This document shows positions 1 to 14,000 of a stretch of DNA of 64,000 bases, piece by piece (positions within the stretch are counted from its first letter, which is position 1; every line of letters begins with the position of its first letter). The DNA comes from Macrostomum hystrix (Eukaryota; Animalia; Platyhelminthes): contig CATNEN010000012.1 of assembly GCA_950097015.1 (NCBI GenBank), forward strand, positions 1,612,001 through 1,676,000, read 5' to 3'. The notes under the pieces were generated by a model. That model was not told the origin of the DNA. It made no database searches and was given only the letters and a program-made list of their open reading frames with translations. The position numbers and the translations under genes were made by a program.

Positions 1-2554
1 CTTGAGGACAATCGAACAATTTAGGCGTTTCTGTAATTAATAGTGATTGTTTTATTATTTTTCGCACATTTTGTATACTGCTATACACTTACACTACTTA
101 TGCCTTTCAGATAATGGGTATTCATTTGTTGAGCACATTTTTGTATTATAATATTTCCTGCCTGGCGCAAGCAGATAGCTACGAGCGTATTATTAGCATG
201 GGCTACAAGCTATTTCAGATACTTATCTCGTGTGTGTGTGCCTGTCTTAATATTTTCTTTAAAAATAATTTTGCTCTTATATTTTTAGTGCTCAGAAGAG
301 TCTACTCGCCAATACTGGGCAGTAAACTGCACCGCCGCACCACCTGTATGTCCGAATCAGAGTGCTGAGTGATTGTTCAGAATGTGTTCAAAGTGCCTAT
401 TCTTATTCACTTTACTCTGTCATTCTGTTTGTAGTTTAGCTGATTTAGTGTCTGTCTGTTTGTTCTTTTATTTTATTCGCTAACTAGTGTCACCTTTCTG
501 TTTTCTATTCTTTGTTTTCTGCTTGGCGATATTGCCTTCTATATTTGAGTTGCCGGGCTAAACTGAAATTAAATCTAAGCCAATCAGAACAAAATTTTAA
601 TTATATGGCGTGAGGTGGGTTCCTGAAGACAGCCAATAAGAGCCGAGTAACCTAGTCAGTGTAGGGACAGATTCCTGAGGACTAAGTATGTCCGCCTTTA
701 GTTTAAGCTCGCCTGTTGTCCTGTTATTTTATTAGAGTTTGCTGTACGAATTAATTTCATTGTTTATTTCATAATTTCTTTTAAAACTAATAAGCAAAAT
801 TATTCGCTAAACTTGTACTGAAAGTAGACGACAATGTCTAGAATTAGTGGCCTGAATTCTCATCTCTCCCCACACTGACTCCCACTGTTCATTCCGTTAA
901 GTGTTGTATTGCGTGCATACCTGATCTGATAGTTGCTATGGCTTCTAAAATATTATTTTCCTAGATGTTTTTTGCTGCTTAGTTGAGCCACAAGTACTTA
1001 AAAATGCAGTATCACATCGCCTCTGGCGCGAATGAATTTGTATTTTGCAGCCCAAACATCGCTGAGCAGAGGCCTGAGCATGATGCGCAGCAGTTTCAGG
1101 CGCGCCAATCACAGTCACATTAGGACTATGCATCGAAGCCACCTTTTCAGTGCTGCTACTGGTCGGTTGTGCACAACTTATAATAGGCTTTATGTTCATT
1201 TAACGAATGAGAAACCTACTGATCAATACTCACTTCTAGCTAGTAGTCTGTCAGTAACAATTGTAGATATCAATTGCAACAATCAGCACAGATCAATCAC
1301 TGTATTTAATTTGGCTGCTCTCTCTCTCACACAAATGAGTGAATCAGTAATCTAATCCTTGTTGGCTAAATGATAAAAATCTGCACTCCAGCTACATTTA
1401 AATGCAGAGTTTGCTGGTGCAAATATTTATTCTTGCTTTTCGTTTACCGTTACCAACAATACGATATCATTGTTGTCAACCCATGCGTCTGATAAGCCTA
1501 TTTTGAAGACATTTAGCTATTGGCCATTTGCACATCTCTACTTTACCCTTCATTTTCCTTTCCAACCTCGACATCCACCTCAAGCCCTGTAATACCCCGT
1601 TTGTCGCCCACCTCGCGCCATAGCCTTCGTTCATTCACTCGTCTCCCTTCTTATCTATTTTTAGCAACATGTGTACATTGAAGTTTGTACACTGGCTAAG
1701 CTTATCTAAGCTATTCGATTATTTTCCTACCCGTCTTGACACCAACCTCACGCGCGAGTTTTTTATGATCCAAAGTCGTCCCCTGACCCGCTAGTTAGTT
1801 CGGTCTGCTTGCCAAAAATAAAAATGCCATATCCAACCGTAATCTTTGGATCTTCGCAGCCGCTACAGTTGCTAACCAATCAGTTCGCGGCAGTCGCCTA
1901 TCGCTGTCGGGCGGCGGTGCCTGGCTTCAGTTAGATGGCAGCCATAGAAGCGCCAGGCACCGTCAGACTATGATGGGTATTTTGCACTGCACTTTTATTG
2001 CCTTCCAATCATGGGTATTGCAAGATTTCACAGCCTACGGTGTTTCTCTAATCAAAATTTCCTATAATGATTAGATTTCAACTGTGATGATGACACAAGA
2101 TATACTATTTTCTTTATTGAAAGCTAATTTGATTAAAACAAATTCAGTCAGTGATTTAGTTGCTTAAAAGTCCATTTTTATGCTAACGAGTAAGCCTACT
2201 AGCTCGTAGTACTCGTAGCAACTTCTATTGGTTACCTTGATTTTTAAGCAATATATTCAATAGCCGATCAAAGTTGTTTTACTCTGTGACAGCTTACCCC
2301 ATGCTTAGATCATTATATACCAATACGTTTATTTATACACGTTTATTACTTCACCTGTTTATAAGTTTAGATGCTTTCCTGATATTCATGTACATATACA
2401 GAAAAGCACCGCTTTGCTAAATTTCTTTCAAATTGCACCCCCTTACTAATTCTATAAAACGCTCCACGCAGACTCAATGGAGCAACCCTCTCTCACGCTC
2501 TTGTGTAGCACTTTTTCCAGCTTCTACTTCAATATGGCATCACTCTACTTCACT

Positions 2555-2815
2555 CTAGCCAATAGGGTTAGCCCAACACTGTACCTCACTCCAGCCGAGG
2601 AGGCAGTCTAATTCACTCCAGCCAATGAGGTTAGCTCAACCCTCTCTCCCACTACAGCCAATCAAGCAAGCCCAACCCTCTGCCTCACTCCAGCCAATTA
2701 GGTTACAGCCAATACAGCCACTACAGCCAATCAAACTAGCCCAACACTCTGCCTCACACTAGCCAATGAGGTTAGCCCGAGGCTTTGCCCCACTCTAGCC
2801 AATCGGGTTAGCGCG
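2555..2815. repeat. Degenerate ~45-bp tandem repeat with AGCCAAT core (Sbf intron)
   Basis: Recurrent CACTCCAGCCAATGAGGTTAGCCCAAC-like units. Confidence 0.7.
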
Positions 2816-2929
2816 AAATTCTATTTTAGTCCATTCAGGCCCATCGGGTTAGCTATCATTCTGTCTTCTATTAATTTTACCCGATTTCTTTACTATCTAC
2901 TTCACTGAACCCGCTTGCTTCAATTCCAG

Positions 2930-5385
2930 GTGAAAATTCGCCAGCCTCCATAGCTGACCTGTCCACTGCCGATCAGACGGGTAACGACTCAGTGGCTCGG
3001 ACGGCCCTGTACATCTTTACGGACAGAGCTTTCTTAAATAAGGTTCGCATGCTTGATTTAATATGATACTTGTTACACAATCAGATTATCGCAGGTGTAT
3101 ATTGTATTTTAGTTTAAATTGTGGGTAAACTTTGTTATAGTTGTTATTGATTGCTATTCCGTGCCCCTATTTGCAGATCAAGGCACACCGCACCGAGGGC
3201 GTCGAGCTTTTGGCTGTGGACGATTATCCGACGCGCCAGTCGGTGCGGGAGGCCTTCAAGAAGCTGATGCGCGTCTGTCTGCCCAGCAAGCAGCTGCTGG
3301 CTGGTGAAGAGAAGCGGCACAGATTCCTGCGCAAATTTGACGAGTCTGGCTGGCTGGCTCTTGTGCGCCGCTCTCTGCGTCTGGCCGGAGCTGTGGCTGA
3401 TCTGGTGGACTGCGGCGCCTGCTCGGTGCTGGTGGCGCTGGAGGATGGCTGTGACGCTACGGCTAGCGTCCTGGCGCTGGCCCAGCTGATGCTGGACCCG
3501 CACTACCGATCCATGTCCGGCTTCAGGGCTCTGGTAGAGAAGGAGTGGCTGTTGTTCGGCCATCCGTTTGACAGCCGGTTAGTTTTCTGATTGGCTGATT
3601 GTTTTACATCTCTGTGATTGGCTGATTTTCTAGCATCTCTGTGATTGGCTGATTGTCTAGCATCTCTGTGATTGGCTGATTGTCTAGCATCTCCGTGATT
3701 GGCTGATTGTCTAGCATCTCTGTGATTACCTAAGAAGATGAAAGCCTATGCTTGTCCCTAGGGGGTAAATGGCACAGTGAGAGTTTCAAACTGTGGAACA
3801 ATAAAAAGCATCAGGACAGCTGTACACCTGTGTGAGTGTGTGCCTGCGTACGGTATGCTTGGCAGTGGAATGTGAAGAATTTCCTGCGGTTCTACTGTCA
3901 CTAAATAATGTGCCAGTACCCACAGCCCTCCCGCAAATATTATTACGATACGATTATGATGATATTAAAATTAAAAGGCTTGGCTCATCCCTGATTGGCT
4001 GACAAGATCCAATCTTATGAATGTTCCCGATTCTAGAAATCGCGATCGCTCCACTTATTATTTGTCATTCTTCTGCCCTCTGTAGCTTCGGCCGGCTGAA
4101 GGGCGCCGACAATCAGCACTTCTCGCCCCATTTCCTCCTGTTCGTCGACTGCGTCCACCAGCTGCTGCACCAGTTCCCTCTGTCCTTCGAGTTCAACCAG
4201 TTCTTCCTGGCCACCGTAGCCTATCACTCTGTGTCCTGCCGATTTCGTAATTTCCTCGGCAACTGCGAAGCTGACCGCCTGGCCTGGATGCCGCCGACGG
4301 GAACTGCCGGCGCCGAGGACGACGACTTTTGGCAGTTCATCGGCGAGCAGAACAGCCAGGCGGCGCATTTCTTCAACCTGGCATTCAGCCCGGCTCTGGC
4401 AGGCCGGCGGGAATTCCGCGTCCTCCGACCCGCCACCGTCTCCGCGCTGCTGCAGCCATGGCGCTTCCTCACCTCCGAGGACGCCGCCTACGGGCCGCCC
4501 TACGATGCAGATCTGTGCGCAGCTGAGCGGCGCCAGCAGGCCGAGGTGGCCGCCACGGCCTGCTCCGGCATCGCTGACGCGCCCGACTCTGCCGAGTCCG
4601 CCGAAGCCGAGCTCGGCTACAACTACAGCTGGGCCCTGGGGGCCGCCTGCCCCCTGGCCAGGGGACTCGAGGAGCTGGCCTCTATACAGGTCTGCCTGCC
4701 CGCCTGCCTGCCTGCCTGCCTGCCTGCCTGTGTGTCTGTCTGTCTGTCTGTCTCTCAGATGTTTAACTTTGCATTCAATTTGAACCCTAGACTCGTCAGT
4801 ATAGATGTAAGCTATCATTTGTCTATTTCGCCCCGCAATATCAGGGCTCCTCGTGTCACGAGCTTTGGCACAGCCTGCTGCGAGACACCTACTTTGGCGG
4901 CTCCGCTGTGAGCGTCGAACCGTCGTTGCTATGCCAACGGGAGGCCGTTAAACAGATGCACATTAACGCCACGCGTGAGCTCCTTTGCCAGCAGCAGCAC
5001 CAGCAGCAGCAGGATCTGCAACAGCAGGAGCAGCAGGCTGCCCAGCAGCAGCAGCAGCAGCAGGATGGTCTGTTTACCAGGCAGCACAAGTTTGTGAGCC
5101 ACCTGTTCCCAAGCCCGGTGCACTGCCAGTACTGCGACCACCTGGTGTGGATGATCTGCGGCGGCGGTGTCAAGGTGATTTGCTGAGCTTGCCAAGCTAT
5201 CTGATTTCTCGTCTTCTCCGTTTTATCCATTCAAAATGAGATCAATTTCCTACTCAAGGACGGCGGAAAATCCGGCGCTGGCCGACGAGTCGCCACTGGC
5301 GGCCTTCGCTGCGTCGCCTGCGGCTTCGCCTGCCACGAGAAGTGCGCCGCTCACGTGCGGGCCGACTGCACACCGGCTAGTAATA

Positions 5386-5420
<35 letters not shown>

Positions 5421-5927
5421 AAGCTAGCAGTTCAGCCAGAGGGAACAGCCACCTCCTCGTCCAGGACCCTTCCACCGCATTCAGTGGGTCAGCAGCAGCA
5501 GCAGCAGCATCATCAGTCGCAGTCGTCAACCCTTTCAACTGTAAAGTCGCCTTCATCGCAGCATCAGCACCTGCACGAGGGCCACCTATTCAAACAGGGC
5601 CAGGTGTTTCGCCAATGGAAGCGGCGTTACTTTGTTCTAGATCCAGCCAATCACAGAATGCGCTACTTTGAGAACAGGCAGCAGCAGCAGCAGCAGCAGC
5701 AGGACCCGTCCGCCTCCCTGACGGCTGTTGTTCGCGGCGAGATTGACCTGGCCGATGTGCGCTCAGTCCGTCTGGCGGGACGGGCGCCGATGGGCGCGCC
5801 GAAGCGGGTGCCCGAGTCTGCTTTCCTAGAACTCGAGACTGCTCAACGGACTTTCCGATTCTACGCCGAGGAGGCCAAGTCAGCTGCCGAATGGGTCGAG
5901 AGAATTAATCACCTCATTAGCCAGTAG
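2930..5927 (+). CDS. Sbf: 3' part of SET-binding factor / myotubularin-related pseudophosphatase (MTMR5/MTMR13 family) with C-terminal C1 and PH domains; 5' exons lie upstream of the window
   Basis: In-phase GT-AG exons 2930-3042, 3177-3577, 4086-4689, 4845-5174 and 5259-5927 (TAG). Translation shows ALYIFTDRAFL, FKKLMRVC, the inactive signature LVALEDGCDATASV in place of CX5R, LVEKEWLLFGHPF, FSPHFLLFVDCVHQL..QFPLSFEFN, a C1 domain (H..CQYC..CVAC..CHEKC..C) and a PH domain (EGHLFKQG..WKRRYFVL..WVERI). Confidence 0.9.
3590..3726. repeat. 27-bp minisatellite, about 5 copies, starting just after an Sbf donor
   Basis: Unit GATTGGCTGATTGTCTAGCATCTCTGT. Confidence 0.9.
3770..3960 (+). mobile_element. 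Diverged 3' fragment of SINE family A in an Sbf intron
   Basis: Blocks GGCACAGTGA, CAGGACAGCTGTACACCTGTGTGAG, TCTACTGTCACTAAATAATGTGCCA and CAGCCCTCCCGCAAATATTATTA align with the 43k and 60k copies. Confidence 0.5.
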
Positions 5928-6019
5928 GGGCTTAGCTTATTATTCTCAACTCTAAACTGCTTTTATTCTGTGCTTGCTTGTTCTGAACTTTCGCCTTTTA
6001 TGCGAAATGCGGCCAGAAC

Positions 6020-6432
6020 TGAATGCTTAATTGGTTACTCAATGGCTACTCTATTGGCTGCTCAATCGACTGTTCAATCGGCTGCTCAATTGGCTGCTCA
6101 ATCGGCTGCTCTATTGGCTACTCAACTGGCTGCTCAATTGGCTACTCAATTGGCTACTTAATTGGCTGCTCAATCGGCTACTCAACTGGCTACTCAATTG
6201 GCTGCTCAATCGGCTACTCAACTGGCTACTCAATTGGCTGCTCAATTGGCTACTCAATCGACTGTTCAATCGGCTGCTCAATCGGCTGCTCAATTGGCTA
6301 CTCAACTGGCTGCTCAATTGGCTACTTAATTGGCTGCTCAATTGGCCACTTAATTGGCTACTCAATTGGCTGCTCAATTGGCTACTCAATTGGCTGCTCA
6401 ATCGGCTACTTAATTGGCTGCTCAATCGGCTG
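6020..6432. repeat. 12-bp minisatellite downstream of the Sbf stop
   Basis: Unit ATTGGCT(G/A)CTCA; explains ORFs 6023-6453. Confidence 0.95.
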
Positions 6433-7639
6433 CTGAAATTGATGCTCCATTGAACTAATTCTAAGTAATATAGCCTTCATATTTTGTAATAAAAATCTGC
6501 CGTTGGTTGTAAAGTCTGATATTCGACAATAATCAGTGCTGTGATTTGCATCCAGCCACTGATATATGAATAAATGTATATTCACAATGGTCTGCACTTG
6601 TGTGGCATAGAATCACGTGACGTCAGTTGAATAATAAACTTCAATAACTTATATAATACTACTGTTGCCCATTGCAATCAACTGTTTTTAGTTCCAATTT
6701 CAATTATTAGCTTTAAGTCTAGGTATGCGCATATTTTACTTAAATTCACTTTCTAGACCTTATCGATGTGAATTTCTGTGTTTAATTGCTCTTACTCGAA
6801 TTTGACAATATATTCTAGCGCACTCTTGCTTTCTTTTGCTCTCGTATTATTCTCCTGTGCAATATTAATTCACCTTTCAAATTTTGCCTGCTTGTGTCAA
6901 ATGTCTCGATTTTTTCTTTACAGCCGCACTTTTAAATGTGTACTTTTTAAAGTACATTCGAGTATGCACTTTCTAATCTCGAGCTCTCAGGTGCAGTTGA
7001 ATTTCATAACAGAGATTTTTCTACAATTATTTGTACAAGGACTCCCTGCCAGCGACTGTGAAAATGGATAAAAAACAATTAATTAATTGATATTCTCTGT
7101 CTCCTGTCTGCTTTTCCTTCGCTGTTCTGTCTACCTTGAATAAACTTCAATATCGGCTATCATGTGTATTTAACAATATTTAATATATAGCAATTTCATT
7201 TAGCTATTTTTACGGACTAAATGCCAATTTTTGTAATTAAAATTCGTATTTGAACTTCTTCATTTTTAACTGGTAATGAAACTGTGTTTAATGGCATGTT
7301 TATTTTGTTAAAATTTCAAAAGGCACATTTTGGTATAAAATAAAACTCGGGTTTAGGATCGATGAAGGCTGCCGGCTCTAAATTTTAGGCAATCGATAAT
7401 AAAAGAATTGGAAAAACTGTAAACAATACTTCTTTTTTATGCTGAAAAATAACTTTTGTCCAAAAGAAGAAGATAAAAACCTATGGCATAAGCTAGCAAG
7501 AATGCCGACACAGGTTAAAGCAGAGCAAAGTAAAATGCGCCTGCATTTAGTCAGCATTCACTATGGGAGCGTTGGATTTTTCTGTACATCGTACTACATA
7601 AAAACCATCATGTTAATGTTTTGTTATAATCCTAATTCG

Positions 7640-7975
7640 TCAGCCAATCAGCGTCAGCGCCAAGTGAGCGGCGGTTCGCCGGAAGTGGATCGATAATGAC
7701 AGCCAATCGGCGCCAAGTGAGGGGTTTCTGGCCATAGGTGGGTGGATAAATCGATATTGACAGCCAATTAGCGCTCAAGTGAGAGGTGATTGGAGTGGGA
7801 TCTGTGATCTGTAATCTTATAACCAATATTATAAGTAAATATCGACAGCCAATAGGCGCCAAGGGAGCAGCGGTTTGCCTGAGGTGGGTTGGATAGATCG
7901 ATATTGACAGCCAATCGGCGCCAAGTGGGGGGTGGCCATAGATTGGTGGATAGATCGACATTGACAGCGAATTAG
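7640..7975. repeat. Degenerate ~60-bp repeat downstream of the ABCG stop
   Basis: Recurrent ATCGATATTGACAGCCAATCGGCGCCAAGTG. Confidence 0.75.
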
Positions 7976-8032
7976 CGCGGCGTACAAATGCTGACGATTA
8001 TTTAAAAAGTAGAAAATGTTAAATTGCTTGTA

Positions 8033-11000
8033 TCAAACTTTGCGGAAGAATCGCAGAATTATGTAGCCAAGCAATCGAAAAGTGAAGAACATAAAAACAG
8101 TCACAAGGATGTTGGCCCAGATAGGCAGGATGTTATCGGGCTGCAAGCCGAGGATCACCGAACCCGGAATCGTCAGCGGCTGGGTGCCGTTTCCTGCGGC
8201 GGCGCTGACGCTCGTGCCGTTTTGATTGCACACCGCGTAGAGGCTGGGATGGCCGCACCTGTTGAGAAAATACCAAAATACCAGTATACTTAATGTGTCT
8301 ACTATAAGTAGGCATTGACTGAAACTGGCAAGAAAAAACAATAATTTATCATATTCAACAAGATACTTACTTAAAATCCGAAGTCCTCTCCAGGATGATG
8401 ATTAAGCCAAAGTGGTAGCAGTAGCGAATGTAGGACAAATATTTTGCCCAGTCGAACCAGAACGGAATGCTCTTGGTGAAGAAACCGCCTGCATGTGGGC
8501 GCGATTTGGGCTAGATGTTAGCGAGGCAAAAATTACTCACTACTCATGGACTGTGGATTAGCAACTGATGGACTGGGATTAGCTACTGATAGACTGGGAT
8601 TAACTACTGATGGACTGGGATTAGCTACTGATAGACTGGGATTTGCTACTAATGGACTGGGATTAGCTACTGATGGACTGGGATTAGCTACTGATAGACT
8701 GGGATTAGCTACTAATGGACTGGGATTAGCTGCTGATGGACCGGGAATTAGCTACTGATGGACTGGGATTAGCTACTGGTGGACTGGGATTAGCTACTGA
8801 TAGACTGGGATTAGCTACTAATGGACTGGGATTAGCTGCTGATGGACCGGGAATTAGCTACTGATAGACTGGGATTAGCTACTGATGGACTGGGATTAGC
8901 TACTGATGGACCGGGGATTAGCTACTGATGGACTGGGATTAGCTACTGATGGACTGGGATTAGCTACTGATGGACTGGGATTAACTACTGATGGACTGGG
9001 ATTAGCTACTGATGGACCGGGGTTAGCTACTGATGGACTGGGATTAGCTACTGATGGACCGGGGTTAGCTACTGAAAGCCTGCAGCAGCATCAGCAGCAG
9101 CAAGTTGTCACCTGTCAGAAAGCAGAAGATCATGTAGATGAATGCGAAGGTCATGTTGGTCCTGGGGTTGGTGGCCAGAAGGCTGAAGAAAATCCCAATG
9201 CCCTGCAAGTCAGGTGCGAAATTAGGAATCGTTGGCTGATATTGAGCAGTATAAACATTAAAATTTAACCGCAAAATCGATATTACAGATTATAAATTTC
9301 GATCCCAAATCTTCTATCCTAAAATTATATTTCAACTATTTAATCCGAATATCAATTCCCCAAGATCCCAAAACTTCAAACCCAAAACAATATCCCCAGA
9401 TCCCAAAACTTCAATCCCAAAACAATATCCCCAGATCCCAAATCTTCAATCCCATACAATATCCCAGATCCCAAATCTTCAATCCCATACAATATCCCCA
9501 GATCCCAAATCTTCAATCCCATACAATATCCCCAGATCCCAAATCTTCAATCCCATAAAATATCCCCAGATCCCAAATCTTCAATCCCATACAATATCCC
9601 CAGATCCCAAACCCTCAATCCCAATACCATATCCCCAGATCCCAAATCATTAATCCCAATACCAATTCCCAAAATTTCCTCACCTGAGAGGCCAGGCTGT
9701 TCAGCGTGATGACAACCAGGAAGGCGAAGAAGGTGCCAACATCGGCAAAGCCAATGCACCAGAAGGCCGGCGTGATGATGAAGATGGGCACGACCAGCAG
9801 TAGAGGGATTTCAACCACCATCTTGGCCAGGTAGTAGGCACCGATGCGGTACATGCCGGACTTTCGCTCGTGCTTCACAATGGCCAAATCGGCGTAAACT
9901 GCGCAACGGAGATTCCGAAATTGAGTTTTCAGTGCCAATAATTACTCGTAACTTGGTGAGATCCAAGAAATAAAAATCAAATAGCACTACTAACAGTAGT
10001 GTAATGTAGTTAAACAAACTCATCTATTTTCGTTCTAACAACGTGAAGTTACAGAGAAGAGCAGGCATTTTCAATCGCACTTACATGTAATTATGGCCTC
10101 GAAGAATGGCGCGAATGTGATGTATGACGTCAGGAAGAAAATCTGCAACGAGCAAAAAATTTTGGGGGATGTTACTGATGTTCAGATTGATCCTCATTGT
10201 GCCGGATCCCCACTGTGCCGGATCCCCATCGTGCTAAAGCCCCATTGAATCAAATCCCAATTCAAAGAATCACATATCCAATTTCTAAGAATCTCAGATT
10301 CCATTTTCAACTCTAAGAATCACAGATCCCAACTCTAAGGCATCACAGATCCCAACTCTAAGCATCACAGATCCCAACTCTAAGCATCACAGATCCCAAC
10401 TATAAGCATCACAGATCCCAACTCTAAGCATCACGGATCCCAACTCTAAGCATCACAGATCCCAACTATAAGCATCACGGATCCCAACTCTAAGCATCAC
10501 AGATCCCAACTCTAAGCATCACAGATCCCAACTATAAGCATCACAGATCCCAACTCTAAGCATCACAGATCCCAACTCTAAGCATCACAGATCCCAACTC
10601 TAAGCATCACAGATCCCAACTCTAAGCATCACAGATCCCAACTCTAAGCATCACAGATCCCAACTATAAGCATCACGGATCCCAACTATAAGCATCACAG
10701 ATCCCAACTATAAGCATCACAGATCCCAACTCTAAGCATCACAGATCCCAACTATAAGCATCACGGATCCCAACTATAAGCATCACAGATCCCAACTATA
10801 AGCATCACAGATCCCAACTATAAGCATCACGGATCCCAACTCTAAGCATCACAGATCCCAACTATAAGCATCACAGATCCCAACTCTAAGCATCACAGAT
10901 CCCAACTCTAAGCATCACAGATCCCAACTCTAAGCATCACAGATCCCAACTCTAAGCATCACAGATCCCAACTCTAAGCATCACGGATCCCAACTCTAAG

Positions 11001-14000
11001 CATCACAGATCCCAACTATAAGCATCACGGATCCCAACTATAAGCATCACAGATCCCAACTCTAAGCATCACAGATCCCAACTATAAGCATCACGGATCC
11101 CAACTATAAGCATCACAGATCCCAACTATAAGCATCACAGATCCCAACTATAAGCATCACGGATCCCAACTCTAAGCATCACAGATCCCAACTATAAGCA
11201 TCACGGATCCCAACTATAAGCATCACAGATCCCAACTCTAAGCATCACAGATCCCAACTATAAGCATCACGGATCCCAACTCTAAGCATCACAGATCCCA
11301 ACTCTAAGCATCACAGATCCCAACTCTAAGCATCACAGATCCCAACTATAAGCATCACGGATCCCAACTATAAGCATCACAGATCCCAACTCTAAGCATC
11401 ACAGATCCCAACTATAAGCATCACGGATCCCAACTATAAGCATCACAGATCCCAACTATAAGCATCACAGATCCCAACTATAAGCATCACGGATCCCAAC
11501 TATAAGCATCACGGATCCCAACTATAAGCATCACAGATCCCAACTCTAAGCATCACAGATCCCAACTATAAGCATCACGGATCCCAACTATAAGCATCAC
11601 AGATCCCAACTATAAGCATCACAGATCCCAACTCTAAGCATCACAGATCCCAACTATAAGCATCACAGATCCCAACTATAAGCATCACAGATCCCAACTA
11701 TAAGCATCACAGATCCCAACTCTAAGCATCACAGATCCCAACTATAAGCATCACGGATCCCAACTCTAAGCATCACAGATCCCAACTATAAGCATCACAG
11801 ATCCCAACTCCAAGCATCACAGATCCCAACTATAAGCATCACGGATCCCAACTATAAGCATCACGGATCCCAACTATAAGCATCACAGATCCCAACTCAC
11901 CGCCGCGATGAAGTCGCCAATGTTATCCTCAGTCTTGGGCACCTGGAACCACAGCACGCTGACAATGAAGGCCACGAATGCAGTCTGCACCAGCACCTGC
12001 ACGGATAGGATGCTCTCCCTGGAGACCAGGAAGCCGCGCACACTCAATGCCAGGAACTGGGTCCACCAGCCTACTTCAGGTGCTAGACTGTCCGGCTCAT
12101 CCGCCTGCTGCTGCTGCTGCTGCTGCTGCTGAACAAAATCCGGACTGGTGAAGCGAACCCTCACCGATCCGTCTGCAAACGCGGCATCGCCATTGGATTT
12201 GGAACCATTGCCCGCGGCATCGTCAGCTCGGTAGGCCAGATTCAGGTGAACCTGGTCCAGCCGGCTGGTCTGGGAGCCACCGCCTGGCGGCAGCTGCTGC
12301 TGACGCGCCATGTCAGCGAACCGCTTGCCGCTGTCCAGGATGTGCGCCTTGTGCTCGGAGCTCTCCTTCACGACCTCCACTGATGAAGGGGCGAAGGCGG
12401 CAAGATGAGAGCCTGACAATAGGCTATCTGATCCCAGATTAACTTCACCTGCCCCTTTAATCTTCACATCCCACCTGCCTCATCAATCCCCCTTCTCATC
12501 TCATCTATCCAATTTCATCTATCCCATCTCATCTATCCCATCTCATCTATCCAATTTCATCTATCCCATCTCATCAATCCCATCTCATCTATCCCATCTC
12601 ATCAATCCCATCTCATCTATCTCATCTCATCTATCCTATCGTATCTTTCCCATCTCATCAATCCCATCTCATCAATCCCATCTCATCTATCCCATCTCGT
12701 CTATCCCATCTCATCTATCCCATCTCATCTATCCTATCTCATCTATCCCATCTCATCTATCCCATCTCATCTATCCCATCTCATCTATCCCATCTCATCA
12801 ATCCCATCGCATCTATCCCATCTCATCTATCCCATCTCATCTATCCCATCTCATCAATCCCATCTCATCAATCCCATCGCATCTATCCCATCTCATCTAT
12901 CCCATCTCATCTATCCCATCTCATCTATCCCATCTCATCTATCCCACCTCATATATCCCTTCTCATCTATCCCACCTCATCTATCCCTTCTCATCTATCC
13001 CACCTCATCTATGTCCATCTCATCTCTGTTTTCAAACATTTCCTAGATAAGATAGCCTAATTAGCTTCCATATTTCAGCAAAGACAATTACTGTTCTACC
13101 ATTTTTATTTGCCAATTGTACCTTTAATTAAGTCGGCCTAATTAATTATTCAATGCTAATGCTAGACAGTCTAACAGTCAGTGAGTCAGACAAATGTACC
13201 TGTGCAGCAAAACATGCTATCTGCAAAATTTTCTAGATTTTTGCGCAAGCTTCGCATGGCTCGACGGCTGATCTAGTTTGTACTTTAAGAATGCTAGAGA
13301 AATTTTTAATGGGGCCCTTCACCTACCACCTAAATGGTGTCAGATGAACACACACACACACACCTGAACCATGTCAGATAAACATCAGCTGACACACCTG
13401 AACCATGTCAGATAAACAGCAGCTGACACACCTGAACCATGTCAGATAAACATCAACTGACACACCTGAACCATGTCAGATAAACATCAACTGACACACC
13501 TGAACCATGTCAGATAAACATCAACTGACACACCTGAACCATGTCAGATAAACAGCAGCTGACACACCTGAACCATGTCAGATAAACATCAGCTGACACA
13601 CCTGAAGCATGTCAGATAAACAGCAGCTGACAGGGTCACTCACGCATGAAGTCCGCCGCATTCCAGTGCTTGTGAAACGGCACGCCGATACCTTCGAAGT
13701 ACTCGACCATCTCCTCGCGCCGACCCGAGTAAGCTATTTGGCCGTCGGCCAGCAGTAAAAGTTCGTGAAACTCGTGAAACGTCTGCGAAGACGGCTGGTG
13801 AATGCTGGTGACAACAATGCTGCTCTGCTCAACCACCCAGCGGCCAAGGATCTCCATCAGCTTCAGCGCGAGACTGGAGTCCAGTCCGGAGGTGGGCTCG
13901 TCCAGCAGCAGCACTTTGGGATTACGCAATAGCTCGCAGGCGATGTTCGCCCGCTTCTTTTCTCCACCAGACAGGCCTTGAACTGACATGCCGCCTATTT

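Noticed and set aside
114-1355. Short ORFs at the window start and other 60-120-aa ORFs at 39872-42163, 45176-46012 and 50262-51059
   Set aside because: No recognisable motifs, no consistent splice phase, or they are antisense shadows; probably intronic/intergenic or decayed TE sequence.
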